Source of the DNA: Bugula neritina
Lineage: Eukaryota > Animalia > Bryozoa
Direction: 5' to 3'
Assembly: GCA_964035545.1 (NCBI GenBank)
Contig: OZ037765.1
Span: 35,550,080 to 35,614,079 of the forward strand
DNA length: 64,000 nucleotides
In this document: positions 21,809 to 35,202 of the stretch, piece after piece
Position numbering within the stretch: the first letter of the stretch is position 1
Layout of the letters: each line of letters starts with the position of its first letter
Translations under genes and position numbers: made by a program
Notes under the pieces: generated by a model
The model's database searches: none
What the model was told of the DNA's origin: nothing
Seen by the model: the letters and a program-made list of their open reading frames with translations, nothing else

Positions 21809-23868
21809 ATGGCTGCCAAAGAAAGTGATTTTCAATCCGAAGGAGTATTTAAAGAGATCCAGAATGTGTTGAATAAGGTAGCATGTCAAGACCTGCTTGA
21901 CTTCGTGTAAAATTTTTAGTACAGTTTTCCAGTTTGAATTATAGAAGTAGGCTCATGTGAATTTACCTCTTCTACAAGAGAGCTATTTGTTGTGGCTGAA
22001 TGGGCGGATACTGAGTGAGTAGTGAGTATATACTGAGTGAGTAGAGAGTATATACTGAGTGAGTAGTGAGTATATACTAAGTGAGTAGAGAGTATATACT
22101 AAGTGAGTAGAGAGTATATACTGAGTTAGTAGAGAGTATATACTGAGTGAGTAGAGAGTATATACTGAGTGAGTAGTGAGTATATACTGAGTGAGTAGAG
22201 AGTATATACTAAGTGAGTAGAGAGTATATACTGAGTGAGTAGAGAGTATATACTGAGTGAGTAGAGAGTATATACTGAGTGAGTAGAGAGTATATACTGA
22301 GTGAGTAGAGTATAAAGTCAGAGAGTGGATAACTACTATTATAATGTCTACATCTAGGATGGCGCTAACATAGTCAAGAAAATCAAAGGCACGTATCTAT
22401 TCAAAGTGAAGAACAAGGCGGGGCAACAGGCCGCCTGGCACGTCAATGTCAAGGACAACGAGGGTTCAGTCACTTTCGGGGAAAGTAAGTGTAGAATTAT
22501 TTAAGGGTTGTTATGTTGATATAGTACAGTGATAATGTTGATATAGTACAGTGATAATGTTGATATAGTACAGTGATAATGTTGGTATAGTACAGTGATA
22601 ATGTTGATATAGTACAGTGATAATGTTGATATAGTACAGTGATAATGTTGGTATAGCAGAGTGATAATGTTGGTATAGTACAGTGATAATGTTGATATAG
22701 CACAGTGATAATGTTGGTATAGCACAGTGATAATGTTGATATAGTACAGTGATAATGTTGGTATAGTACAGTGATAATGTTGATATAGCAGAGTGATAAT
22801 GTTGGTATAGCACAGTGATAATGTTGATATAGTACAGTGATAATGTTGGTATAGCAGAGTGATAATGTTGATATAGCACAGTGATAATGCTGGTATAGCA
22901 CAGTGATAATGTTGATATAGTACAGTGATAATGTTGATATAGCAGAGTGATAATGTTGATATAGCACAGTGATAATGTTGATATAGTACAGTGATAATGT
23001 TGGTATAACACAGTGATAATGTTGATATAGTACAGTGATAATGTTGATATAGTACAGTGATAATGTTGGTATAGCACAGTGATAATGTTGATATAGCACA
23101 GTGATAATGTTGATATAGTACAGTGATAATGTTGATATAGCAGAGTGATAATGTTGATATAGCAGAGTGATAATGTTGATATAGTACAGTGATAATGTTG
23201 GTATAGTAGAGTGATAATGTTGATATAGCAGAGTGATAATGTTGATATAGTAGAATGAGAATGTTGATATAGTACAGTGATATATTGTTGTCTGCTGCAG
23301 AGAAAGCTGACTGCACCATCTCCATGGCTGACGCTGACTTAGTTGGAATGATGTCGGGCAAGCTGAACGCCCAGAAGGTATGACATCACCTTTCAGTATT
23401 CAGGATGTTCTAGTGTGAGTGACTCATTCTTACTATGAGTAATCACTCACACTGATCTCTAGTGCGTACTCATTTGATTTAAGTGTGTTGATTAGAAATG
23501 CGAAAAGAAGTTGTTATATACAAGAGAAAATAACTCTCAGTTTTCTTACTATAGATTTAGGGTCATTTCACTTGATGCATGATCAGTATAATATCCCACT
23601 CAGTGTCACATGACCTGTATGCTGGTAGTCACATGACCTGTATGCTGGTAGTCACATGACCTGTATGCTGGTAGTCACATGACCTGTATGCTGGTAGTCA
23701 CATGACCTGTATGCTGGTAGTCACATGACCTGTATGCTGGTAGTCACATAACCTGTACTCCTGCTGCAGGCCTTCATGCAAGGAAAGCTCAAGATTGCAG
23801 GCAACATGGCTCTTGCTATGAAACTGAAGGAGTTACAACCCCCTGCACCTCCCAAGTCTAAATTGTAG
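21809..23868 (+). CDS. SCP2: Stand-alone sterol carrier protein 2 (SCP2 / nsLTP) domain protein, 123 aa, with peroxisomal PTS1
   Basis: Exons 21809-21877, 22358-22484, 23301-23377, 23770-23868 join in frame: MAAKESDFQSEGVFKEI...IVKKIKGTYLFKV...AWHVNVKDNEGSV...[44 protein letters not shown]...KSKL*. AATAAA near 24038. Confidence 0.9.
22008..22311. repeat. 22-bp minisatellite TACTGAGTGAGTAGAGAGTATA, SCP2 intron 1
   Basis: About 14 copies. Confidence 0.95.
22513..23283. repeat. 22-bp minisatellite ATGTTGATATAGTACAGTGATA, SCP2 intron 2
   Basis: About 35 copies. Confidence 0.96.
23605..23757. repeat. 23-bp minisatellite GTCACATGACCTGTATGCTGGTA, SCP2 intron 3
   Basis: About 6.5 copies abutting the acceptor. 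Confidence 0.95.
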
Positions 23869-24336
23869 CAGACAAACAGACAGGCAGACGCACTTCTTCC
23901 AAGCAGCTTTACTCTCTGCTGGGAACAGATTTTGATTAGCAATCAATACGTTATAAATCAGGGAGGGGGGACAATTCCCGATGTGTGTTGAATCCCTTCT
24001 GTTTAACAAATTATTAGTACTTTGTTGGTTTTTATATAATAAAATTCATCTCTAGTTATTTAGATCAAAGAAAATTATATATAAATCTTTTAGATAATTA
24101 TAAAATCAAATATATTAAATTTTTTACCAGCAGCAAGTATAATATAATATCATGTTTTTATACTTGGTAATATACACATACACCTGGTAGTATACACTTA
24201 CACTTGGTAATATACACATACACCTGGTAATATACACTTACACTTGGTAATATACACTTACACTTGGTAATATACACTTACACTTGGTAATATACACTTA
24301 CACTTGGTAATATACACATACACTTGGTAATATACA

Positions 24337-26080
24337 CAAGGATGTAGTGGTACCCATACGGTCCCATACGCCGTATGGCCTAGAAGAAAATAGACTGTTC
24401 TAGGCCATACGCCCGTATGGGCATAATATTTTTGAAAGATGATTAGTGCACAGGATAGTTAGGGCATCCTCACTGAGAATATCATAAATTACGCTCACAA
24501 TCTAGTTTAAGTTCTTGATATGTTGATGCTATGTGGGTGGCATGCGTGTTGCCTACTTGAAATTGTTTAGCGTGAGATTACACTATGAATAATAAGAGCT
24601 ATCAACATTCCGTCTTCTCATCTTTACGTGTTCACTGAAGCGCCAAGTGCTGTGCATTGGTGATTGCTAAGAAAAAAATATTTCATTTCAGTGTGTAAGT
24701 CACTAATTTGTAGAAAATCTATGAAGGCTATTGAAAGGATCAAAAAATTTGCAATGCATAAATTTCTCAGGTTTCCGACAGTGTTTGTTCTATTCCAATA
24801 CCATACTTTCCTGCTGAGATATTTGGCAGATTTTGAAAAATAAACTTTTCAGATAAAATTGGCCAAAATGGGTAGTTTTTTTGTCTATAACTTTGCAAAA
24901 AAAGTATTGAAAACTCGAAAAAGCAGATGCTCTGAGGAACAGGAAGATTTAAAACATGGTTTTTAAATTTTTATTCTAGCACAATTAGGCAGTGACAGCT
25001 AGAAGGTTGCCCTTATCTATCTTGTGTAGACTTGTATTTTGTCAATAAGCAATGGAATTTTAAAAAACCAACATGAAATCCAGAAATAAAATCAAAATGT
25101 CTTCAAGAAACAGTACCAATTGTGTAGGAGAGGTCAACGAAAATTTACCACTGAGGTCTACAGGTACTATGTCCACATTTTGCTCAAAAACCTAGCGTTA
25201 TTGCATGTTAATTATCAATGCAATGAGGTTTTGCAAACTGTACACCACCATAAGTAACATTTTATGTTTGATTGTACTAACTAACATCTGGCTTTATATT
25301 TAATCATCTTCTAGGTTAACACATATTAAACCTGTCAAACATTTTCATTTGGGGTATGTTTCCTTGATGTGAAAGTTCAGGGGTTTTATTTTAAAACCAA
25401 GTTAACATACTCTTCTTGGGTGTGCTTTGTTGTGTGTTAGAAGGTGTGGTGGTATCTCCTTATGGTTTAGACTAATACTCTAATAAACTCCAATTAGGTT
25501 TTTAACCAATTTCTGCTTGCCAATGAGTTATCAATTCAAATTGCTCTTTATAAATAACAAACACACATTTTCTGATTTGCAATCTTCCTCTGTTCTGATC
25601 TATTATTATTTTTCTGTGCACGTCAGCCTATTAGTTATTAATAAAATAATCAGGTTGCATTTGGAGAGCACTTGTTACCTGCCTCTATCCTTCCATCTTT
25701 TTGAGATCTTCAGTAATTTTTCTGTACAGTTTGGACTTGGTGCATGTCAGAACAAACCTAACTGCAGTTGAGTAAGACTACATTTAAAATTACAGTCAAC
25801 AAGTATGGGACAATACTGAATATTTATATAGTTTGCAGCAATGCCCAGTCGTCATGTAGCTGGTATGGTATGAAAATAATAGTGAGGTGCACATTTCAAC
25901 ACAGATTTTTTCAGAAGAATTAGAATTCACAATGGCTTTAAATTGCATAAACTTGCATTAGAAGAGCTCTGAGGGCTTCGGCGGCCGGGCGCTGCCCCGG
26001 ACCCCGCCGGGGGTTTGGGCAGCCCCCTGGACCCCTGGCCTGAGAGTATGGCCGAGAATATTTTTGCCACTACATCCCTG
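24337..26080. mobile_element. Non-autonomous hAT-type DNA transposon (about 1.74 kb) inserted in a 20-bp minisatellite
   Basis: TIRs CAAGGATGTAGTGG / CCACTACATCCCTG (13/14). 8-bp TSD aatataca / tatataca (7/8). Sub-terminal CCATACG/CGTATGG repeats on the left, a GC-rich block at 25970-26040 on the right, and no transposase ORF. Confidence 0.8.
24449..25026. mobile_element. Possible nested MITE inside the hAT element
   Basis: Imperfect TIRs: CACAGGATAGTTAGGGCATCCT vs reverse complement CACAAGATAGATAAGGGCAACCT. Flanks are TG / TA (possibly a decayed TA TSD). Confidence 0.4.
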
Positions 26081-27483
26081 TATATACACTTACACTTTGT
26101 AATATACACATACACTTTGTAATATACACATACACTTGGTAATATACACTTACACTTGGTAGTATACACTTACACTTGGTAATATACACTTACACTTGGT
26201 AATATACACTTACACTTGGTAATATACACTTACACTTGGTAATATACACTTACACTTGGTAATATACACTTACACTTGGTAATATACACTTACACTTGGT
26301 AATATACACTTACACTTGGTAATATACACTTACACTTGGTAATATACACTTACACTTGGTAATATACACTTACACTTGGTAATATACACTTACACTTGGT
26401 AGTATACACTTACACTTGGTAATATACACTTACACTTGGTAATATACACTTACACTTGGTAATATACACTTACACTTGGTAATATACACTTACACTTGGT
26501 AATATACACTTACACTTGGTAATATACACTTACACTTGGTAATATACACATACACTTGGTAATATACACTTACACTTGGTAGTATACACTTACACTTGGT
26601 AATATACACTTACACTTGGTAATATACACATACACTTGGTAATATACACTTACACTTGGTAATATACACTTACACTTGGTAATATACACTTACACTTGGT
26701 AATATTCACACTTACACTTGGTAATATACACTTACACTTGGTAATATACACTGCAAGCTGTATACCAAGTAGCTGTGATTATCCATTCAAATAATAGACT
26801 TGTATCCATGTGGGTATCTCGTATTTTACACAGGAAGTTTGAGTTGATACTATGGTTATATATAATATCATATAATATATTAGTCATGTGATAATCAGCA
26901 GGGAAAATAAGTTTAGGTTCAAAAGTTGCAAAATTTTATTAGGAGTTACCATAACCCATCAATTGAATGTTTCAAGTTCTCAGTAAAACTGTATACAACT
27001 AGTAGTGAATACATTATGGATTCAGGGCAGGAATATACATTCTGTTCAAATATTTCCATTATATAACAATAAATAGTAGTATATGTACAGGTCCTTCTAA
27101 TATAAGGGAAAATAACTCCTAATAATTAGTAAATAGAGAGCCCTCTATGGGTCCACGTGTTGCCGCATATTACAACTCATGAAGTGTGACTATAGGAAAC
27201 ATATGCCTGTCATACAAACATTAATTCTGATGAAGATGCGTTGATAATGTGAATCTTTTGATATGAATGATTTTCCTGTTGAGAAAAGTTTGTATATTCA
27301 ATAAGAATTAGGAGAAAAATTTTGTGTAGCAATTGTTAAATTCTGATCACAGCAAGTTTTGTAAAAAAATGTACTTGTTTGGGTAAAAATATATGACTTA
27401 TAAATTTTTTAGCCAATTAAAATGCACCATTTGTTGATCTAGACATTTTCAAAGGTGAAAACAAAATACATAAACGCATAAAA

Positions 27484-28086
27484 CACACAGTATAACATAC
27501 TACATACAACACATAGTATAACATACTACATACAACACATAGTATAATATACTACATACAACACATAGTATAATATACTACATACAACACATAGTACAAC
27601 ACACAGTATAATATACTACATACAACACATAGTATAATATACTACATACAACACACAGTATAATATACTACATACAACACACAGTATAATATACTACATA
27701 CAACACACAGTATAATATACTACATACAACACACAGTACAACACACAGTATAACAGAGTATTAGAAGGAAATGTCATTCCACACTGTAGACTTCATTGAC
27801 TGTCTAGCCTTAGGGTAGCTCAACTCTCGGGTCCAAGGGACCCCGTCCCAACCTCTTTTAGTCTGCAACATTAAGAAACTGTGCTATGACACAGTACACA
27901 CTACAGTGTAACATAATACACTACAGTATAACATAATATACTACAGCGTAACATAATATACTACAGTGTAACATTATACACTACAGTGCAACATAATATA
28001 CTACAGTACAACATAATATACTACAGTATAACATAATATACTACAGTGTAACATAATATACTACAGTATAACATAATATGCTACAG
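27484..28086. repeat. Two minisatellites flanking the CAP-Gly last exon (26-bp at 27484-27753 in the 3'UTR; 20-bp at 27893-28086 in the intron)
   Basis: Units ATACTACATACAACACATAGTATAAT and ACATAATATACTACAGTATA. Confidence 0.9.
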
Positions 28087-29197
28087 ACTATACAAGACAG
28101 CTAACCTGTTTTCTCTGAGCAGAGTGAGGCATGTGAGTTTTAGGAATACTGGGCACAGGTTCCCAGTCTATCCGGTCCGGAGAAGGGCAAGTATGTATAG
28201 GCTCCGAAGTGTAGGTGTACTGCAAGACTGAGGTACTAGGTCTAGTCATGGTAGCAGCTGGTATTCTTCTACTCACAGAGCCGGTCAATGCGTGTTCCTT
28301 AGAATTGTACCTGGAGCCTAGGGCTAAGGCAGAGAACAGAGGCTAATTACTTTCACCTTTGCATGGCATTGAAGCATCTACAGCCAAAGAAGTGATTAGT
28401 GTAGACTTACTGTCGAAGAGGTCAGAGTTGGCAGACGGAGAGATCATGCGTAGCTGGTTCTTGCTGATGTATATCGGGTCGTATGGTCCGTTAGTCACCT
28501 CAGGTGCTGCTTCCTTCCTCCCAAACAAGAGTTCATCTGCACCAGTGTCATATCTCTTGTTGTATTTGTTGAATATTCTATAAGGTATCACATAATATTA
28601 CTATATTATACTATATTACTATACATATATTACTATACATATATTACTATATTACTATACATATATTACCATACATATATTACTAGACATTTATTACCAT
28701 ACATATATTACTATACTATTATATTATTATATATTCTAGAACTTATTACCTGCGTCTTGTATTCTGAATCAGCCTCAAATTCCCAGCCCTAGCGAATACC
28801 CCGTGATTAGTCCTGCAGTCAAAGTACCGTCTCCCTTTGTACAGTCCATTGTGTTGGCCAGCTATAAATAGTAACACCAGTTTGTATAAAACAAGATGGC
28901 TAATTCCTTCAACATATTATTATGAGATCACCAACTTTACAGAAACCCATGCAAATTCATAGCCTATGTTATAAGCATTAGTTATATGGATATAATAATA
29001 TTCTATTGTAAGTTCTTCTAAACATCTAGTTACCATGGAAACTGATACAACTCACCTGGCATGTCTAAAGCTATGCCCACCCAGTCTCCCTGAAGAGTGT
29101 TGACCCCACCTTTGTACTTGACTGTCCCTTTTATAACATTGCCATGGTACAACAACTCCACACGCTGATTAATAGTCACATTGGAATATAACACCAT
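27761..29197 (-). CDS. Uncharacterised protein with an N-terminal CAP-Gly domain (about 244 aa)
   Basis: Exons (minus) 29197-29056, 28861-28750, 28577-28411, 28317-28106, 27862-27761. CAP-Gly signature: QRVEL...GTVKYKGGVNTLQGDWVGIALDMPAGQHNGLYKGRRYFDCRTNHGVFAR. The third intron boundaries are less certain. Confidence 0.8.
29029..29042. promoter_or_regulatory. RFX X-box in the first coding intron of the CAP-Gly gene
   Basis: GTTACCATGGAAAC matches the X-box consensus GTTNCCATGGNAAC and lies 13 nt inside the intron. Confidence 0.6.
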
Positions 29198-30347
29198 ATC
29201 TTAGGTCATCACACTGAAATCTAAAGCAACCAAAAAAATTGTGTAACACATAACAATTATTTAATTATTGATGAAGAAATACACGCACACGTGCACATAT
29301 ATGAAGGAGAATGCAAACAAATATTAAAAATTGATGAGCAACTACTTGCATTTACTTTTAGCAAATTTATACAATCAATAATTATAAACTTGTAACATGA
29401 AGTCAGTTACTTTAAATTTAAGGTTAGCTACGCTCAATTAATGATCAAATCAAAATTACAATAAAAATGCTAATAACTACCAAATTGAAATTATCAATTT
29501 GTGTTTGATGCTATTAAATTGTAACGTCCATTAAACTTAAAGTTAACTAATAGTAATATTATTGAATCTTTTAAATCCTAGTTATATTTAGTTGCTGAGA
29601 TAATTTTGATTTCATACTAAAACGCATTGTCATCATCTTAAAAAAAATTGTCAACGGTATAAACGTCAAAAGCTAAAAATCAAATTCAATGTGAATGAAG
29701 TCATTGTCAATTTGGGCTTTGACACGATTAACTTGCAAAAAACTTACCAATTTGTCACAAATCAATCAAACTTTCTATATCCGTTCTATTTGTTATAAAT
29801 TACTATTAATTGAGCAATCCCGGCTCTGCTGAGCCAAGTAGGTAAACAGATCAAACCTCTAATAATGTACGCTGCTGATGAAAAGTTTCTAACATTCCTC
29901 ACATTGAGTCACTTATATAATTATTAATCGTAATGTGAGATGTGTTTTCATTAGTTACAAAAAGTGCAGCAACGCAGCAACTGATACCATTGCTATGATT
30001 GAACAGAGCAAACCCAAAGGGTCAAAGTGTGATTCATGACTCGTTCGATAGAAAAACGCAATGCAAGGAGTTGTCTTTAAATGACAAAATCTGAGTCTCA
30101 AGAATATATCCAGTTCTGACGTGATAAAAACGATAATTTAGTGGAGCAAGACACTACCCGGTTTAAAGGCGTGTTCACTAACAGCAACAAGCATGATTTG
30201 ATTTCTCGCATTTTTTATGCTTTTGAACTGGGGATCCAAGTACCGCAATTTAAAATTTCATGAATCTGTAATAATACTGGTTTGCAAAGCTTTTTAGCTC
30301 GCTTGATTTTTACAAATAGTTCTATCGCATGCAAATATACAACTACA

Positions 30348-33300
30348 ATGATAAGGAATGGTGCAAGAAAAGTTGCTAGCAAGTTTTACGCTGCTAGTAG
30401 TAATAGCAATGTAAACGTGAACATCGACTTTCATTTTGCAAGAGGTGAGTGTCAGTATAGCCATAGGCATAAGGCTCAGCATTGCAGTTGCCATTTGCAT
30501 GTTTTTGTAGTTTTGCTTTAACCTTCACCTAAAGTACTAGATTTTATTATATTTTTTAGTTTTATTTATTATATTCGGAATTCAGTTAGAATTAATATTA
30601 TTCAAATAATTTTATTTGTATGAGAGTATTTAATATTATTAATATTTATATTAATCATTATGATTGTCATCATAATATTAATTTAATAGTAATACTAATA
30701 GTAATAGTATTACTATTACTAATAGTCACCAATATACGTATTGAATTTAATATTAAGTAGCTGGCCCTCAACCTTGGGCATAAAAACAAGTAAAGCTCAT
30801 GACAAATTACTGAATGGGTTGATACACCCTCTCTAAAGCAATATGCCTACCTATGAAATCTAATACACTGTTAAAAATATTACTCTACTACTCAATCACA
30901 ACCAAAAACTGAGGCGCGCTCCTTTTGCCACTAGGCGGTCTAGCGCCATGTCACCATTGATGTAAGTTGGGCTTGGTGTTTAGGACAAATTAAAATTAAA
31001 AATGAATTAGTAAAAATAATATAATCATAGTCATAATGATAATGATAATCACCACGTTAGTACTGTTTGAGCTGTATTGACTGAACAGGAACCTAACAGT
31101 AACCCTGTCTATGTGCTAATCTTCATATCCCTGATAGTTCTTGGGAGAATCAATCATAATTATCTACATTACTCATAGTGATTATTATTAAGATTATGAT
31201 ACTGATTATCATTATCCATACTGTTAGTATTAGTGTGTTTATTAGCAGCTCATAGATACATAATTTAATCATATCTGTACTAGTGAAGTTATCCTCAATC
31301 CTTCAGTTCATGAAATCTTCTACTCACAGTATAAATACTGATAATAGTACTCATCACTCTTTATTGTTGAAGGATGGCACTCAAGTCAATATAAATTAAC
31401 ATTTCTGATGTTTCAATCAAATATCTAGTGTATCCAATACAGTAGCTGTGTCCAGTGTGAGCTGATTTTCCCTATTTTACGGATTGTTTGTTTTGCAGGT
31501 CTTTCGAGTTTAAAATGTGTTATTGGAGGTTCCCAAAAGGGCAAAGGTCATTATGGTTCTGACTCACATCAGAAAGACACTTCCATGTGGCCTTCAATGG
31601 CGCTGGGTATGGCTTTCGGGGCTGCAGGACTCACATACTTGGTGAGACTGCTTTTACTGTTTGGACATTATTACTACTAGTCATGTGACTAGTAGTCATG
31701 TGACTAGTAGTCACGTGACTACTAGTCACATAATTAGTAGTCACGTGACTTACACATTGTCACTAATAGCATGTGTTTTATGTTGACAGACCATATCAGA
31801 TGATCAACCAGCATTGTGTGAGAGACCAATGTCTAGACCAAGGCCTGGGGTTCCTCAGGTAGTATTACAAAGACGTATTTATATGCTACATAGTTGAGTA
31901 CTATCTACTACTAAATATATGCAACTGTGACAGTGCCGATATTGTTCTGCGAATTAGCTAAAATTTAAGCATAAAAGGCTTTTAACATTTGTGTCGTTTC
32001 TTTATAATAATATTACATATCGTTGCAAATTTTCAGCTGTAGTTTTATAATGAAAAACAAGCCAATTGGTATCTTTCAGCATTCCGTTTGATTATACTCT
32101 CTGTACATCTGCTACTCTCTGTACGTCTACTACTCTCTGTACGTCTGCTACTCTCTGTACGTCTGCTACTCTCTGTACGTCTGCTACTCTTTGTACGTCT
32201 GCTACTCTCTGTACGTCTGCTACTCTCTGTACGTCTGCTACTCTCTGTACGTCTGCTACTCTCTGTACGTCTGCTACTCTCTGTACGTCTGCTACTCTTT
32301 GTACGTCTGCTACTCTTTGTACGTCTGCTACTCTTTGTACGTCTGCTACTCTCTGTACGTCTACTACTCTCTGTACGTCTGCTACTCTCTGTACGTCTGC
32401 TACTCTCTGTACGTCTACTACTCTCTGTACGTCTGCTACTCTCTGTACGTCTGCTACTCTCTGTACGTCTGCTACTCTTTGTACGTCTGCTACTCTCTGT
32501 ACGTCTGCTACTCTCTGTACGTCTGCTACTCTCTGTACGTCTGCTACTCTCTGTACGTCTGCTACTCTCTGTACGTCTGCTACTCTCTGTACGTCTGCTA
32601 CTCTCTGTACGTCTGCTACTCTCTGTACGTCTGCTACTCTCTGTACGTCTGCTACTCTCTGTACGTCTGCTACTCTCTGCACGTCTGCTACTCTCTGTAC
32701 GTCTGCTACTCTCTGTACGTCTGCTACTCTCTGTACGTCTGCTACTCTCTGTACGTCTGCTACTCTCTGTACGTCTGCTACTCTCTGTACGTCTGCTACT
32801 CTTTGTACGTCTGCTACTCTCTGTACGTCTGCTACTCTCTGTACGCCTGCTACTCTCTGTACGTCTGCTACTCTCTGTACGTCTGCTACTCTCTGTACGT
32901 CTGCTACTCTCTGTACGTCTGCTACTGTAGCTAACCACTGGTCCATACCTTTCCATCCGTAGAAAGCCCAGGAGACTCAGTCTGAAGTCCCGCCTCCTCT
33001 CACTCTTCCAAAGCACGTGCCTTACCTCATTATTGGAGCAGGAACTGCAGCGATGGCTGCCTACAGATCTATTAGAACCAGGGAGGTGAACGCTAGGGTG
33101 CTGCTGGTAGGAGAGGAGGAGTATAACCCCTACATGAGACCCCCTCTCAGCAAGGTGTGTTGTCCCTCTCAGCAAGGTGTGTTGTCTCTCTCAGCAAGGT
33201 GTGTTGTCTCTCTCAGCAAGGTGTGTTGTCCCTCTCAGCAAGGTGTGTTGTCCCTCTCAGCAAGGTGTGTTGTCTCTCTCGGTACAGTGTAATGTGACTC

Positions 33301-35128
33301 AGTATAGTGTAGTGTGACTCAGTGTAGTGACTCAGTATAGTGTAATGTGACTCAGTGTAGTGACTCAGTATAGTGTGACTCAGTATAGTGTAGTGTGACT
33401 CAGTGTAGTAACTCAGTGTAGTGACTCAGTATAGTGTAGTGTGACTCAGTGCTGTGACTCAGTGTAGTAACTCAGTGTAGTGACTCAGTATAGTGTAGTG
33501 TGACTCAGTGTAGTGACTCAGTGTAGTAACTCAGTGTAGTGACTCAGTGTAGTGTGCTGTGACTGCAGGACATGTGGTTCTGTGAAAAGTCCTTAACTCA
33601 AGAGAATAAATTCAAAACATGGAGTGGCAAAGACAGAAGTCTATTCTTTGAGAAGGACTCGTATTACTGCAGTCCTACGGAGCTGAGTGCATCTGAGAAG
33701 GGTGGGGTGGCAGTCCTCACTGGGCATAAGGTAGGTCCATAGGCTATACAGTGTTACTACTGTATTACTACTATATTACTACTATATTACTACTATATTA
33801 CTACTGTATTACTACTATATTATTACTCTATTACCACTCTATTACTACTGTATTACTACTATATTACTACTCTATTACTACTATATTACTACTCTATTAC
33901 TACTATATTACTACTCCATTACTACTATATTACTACTCTATTACTACTCTATTACTACTATATTACTACTATATTACTACCATATTACTACTCTATTACT
34001 ACTATATTACTACTATATTACTACTCTATTACTACTATATTACTACTCTATTACTACTATATTACTACTCCATTGCTACTCTATTACTACTGTATTACTA
34101 CTATATTACTACTCTATTACTACTCTATTACTACTATATTACTACTGTATTACTACTATATTACTACTATATTACTACCATATTATTACTATATTACTAC
34201 TATATTACTACTATATTACTACTCTATTACTACTGTATTATTACTATATTACTACTATATTACTACCATATTACTACTATATTACTACTATATTACTACT
34301 ATATTACTACCATATTACTACTATATTACTACCATATTACTACTATATTACTACTATATTACTACTCTATTACTACTCTATTACTACTCTATTACTACTA
34401 TATTACTACTCTATTACTACTCTATTACTACTATATTACTACTATATTACTACTGTATTCAGGTGAGCTCCCTCAACACCAGCACCAAGCAGGCCACTCT
34501 CTCTAACGGAGTCGTCATCTCCTATGACAAGTGTCTCATAGCCACTGGAGGCAGACCCAGGAACCTGGAGGTGCTGGAGACTGCCGGTGCAGACCTCATG
34601 GAGAAAGTCACCCTGTTCAGAAACATCAAAGACTTCAGGTGGTGCAGCAGAATCTGTTCTGATGACATAGTTGTAGCTCAACATTCATTTCTCAGTCTCT
34701 CATCAGCTCTTTGTATCCTCAATGCTCATTGGCTGTCTTGGTATTGTGCAGACGACTGGACGATGTTACTGACTCGTGTAAATCAGTGATAGTGATTGGA
34801 GGAGGCTTTCTAGGCAGTGAGTTGGCCTGTGCTTTGGGGAAGAAGTCCGCTGCTCGGGATATGACTGTGACGCAGGTGTTTCCTGAATCAGGTATGTGGT
34901 CACTCTGCTCCACTTCCTGTTTGTAGTCTGAGAAAGGAATATTGTACATGTGACTTATGCCTTCAGGTAACATGGGAAGAGTGTTACCTGCGTACCTCAG
35001 TGAGTGGAGCACAGGTAAAGTGAAGTCAGAGAATGTCAACGTGCTGCCGGGGGTGTCAGTGAGCAGCTCTCGGCTTTCAGAGGATGGCAGTCAAGTGGAA
35101 CTGAGTCTAAGCAACGGTCAACAGGTGA

Positions 35129-35162
<34 letters not shown>

Positions 35163-35163
35163 G

Positions 35164-35202
<39 letters not shown>

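Larger units (their letters stand above)
24161..26751. repeat. 20-bp minisatellite TACACTTGGTAATATACACT split by the hAT insertion
   Basis: About 9 copies at 24161-24336 and about 33 at 26081-26751. Confidence 0.95.

Noticed and set aside
25517-26169. Transposase ORF within the hAT element
   Set aside because: Only short ORFs with no DDE, BED or dimerisation motifs; the element is non-autonomous.
28318-28356. 39-nt intron or early stop at 28343 in the CAP-Gly gene
   Set aside because: A consensus GTAAGT donor at 28410 gives a 93-nt intron in the right phase, matching the size of other short introns here.
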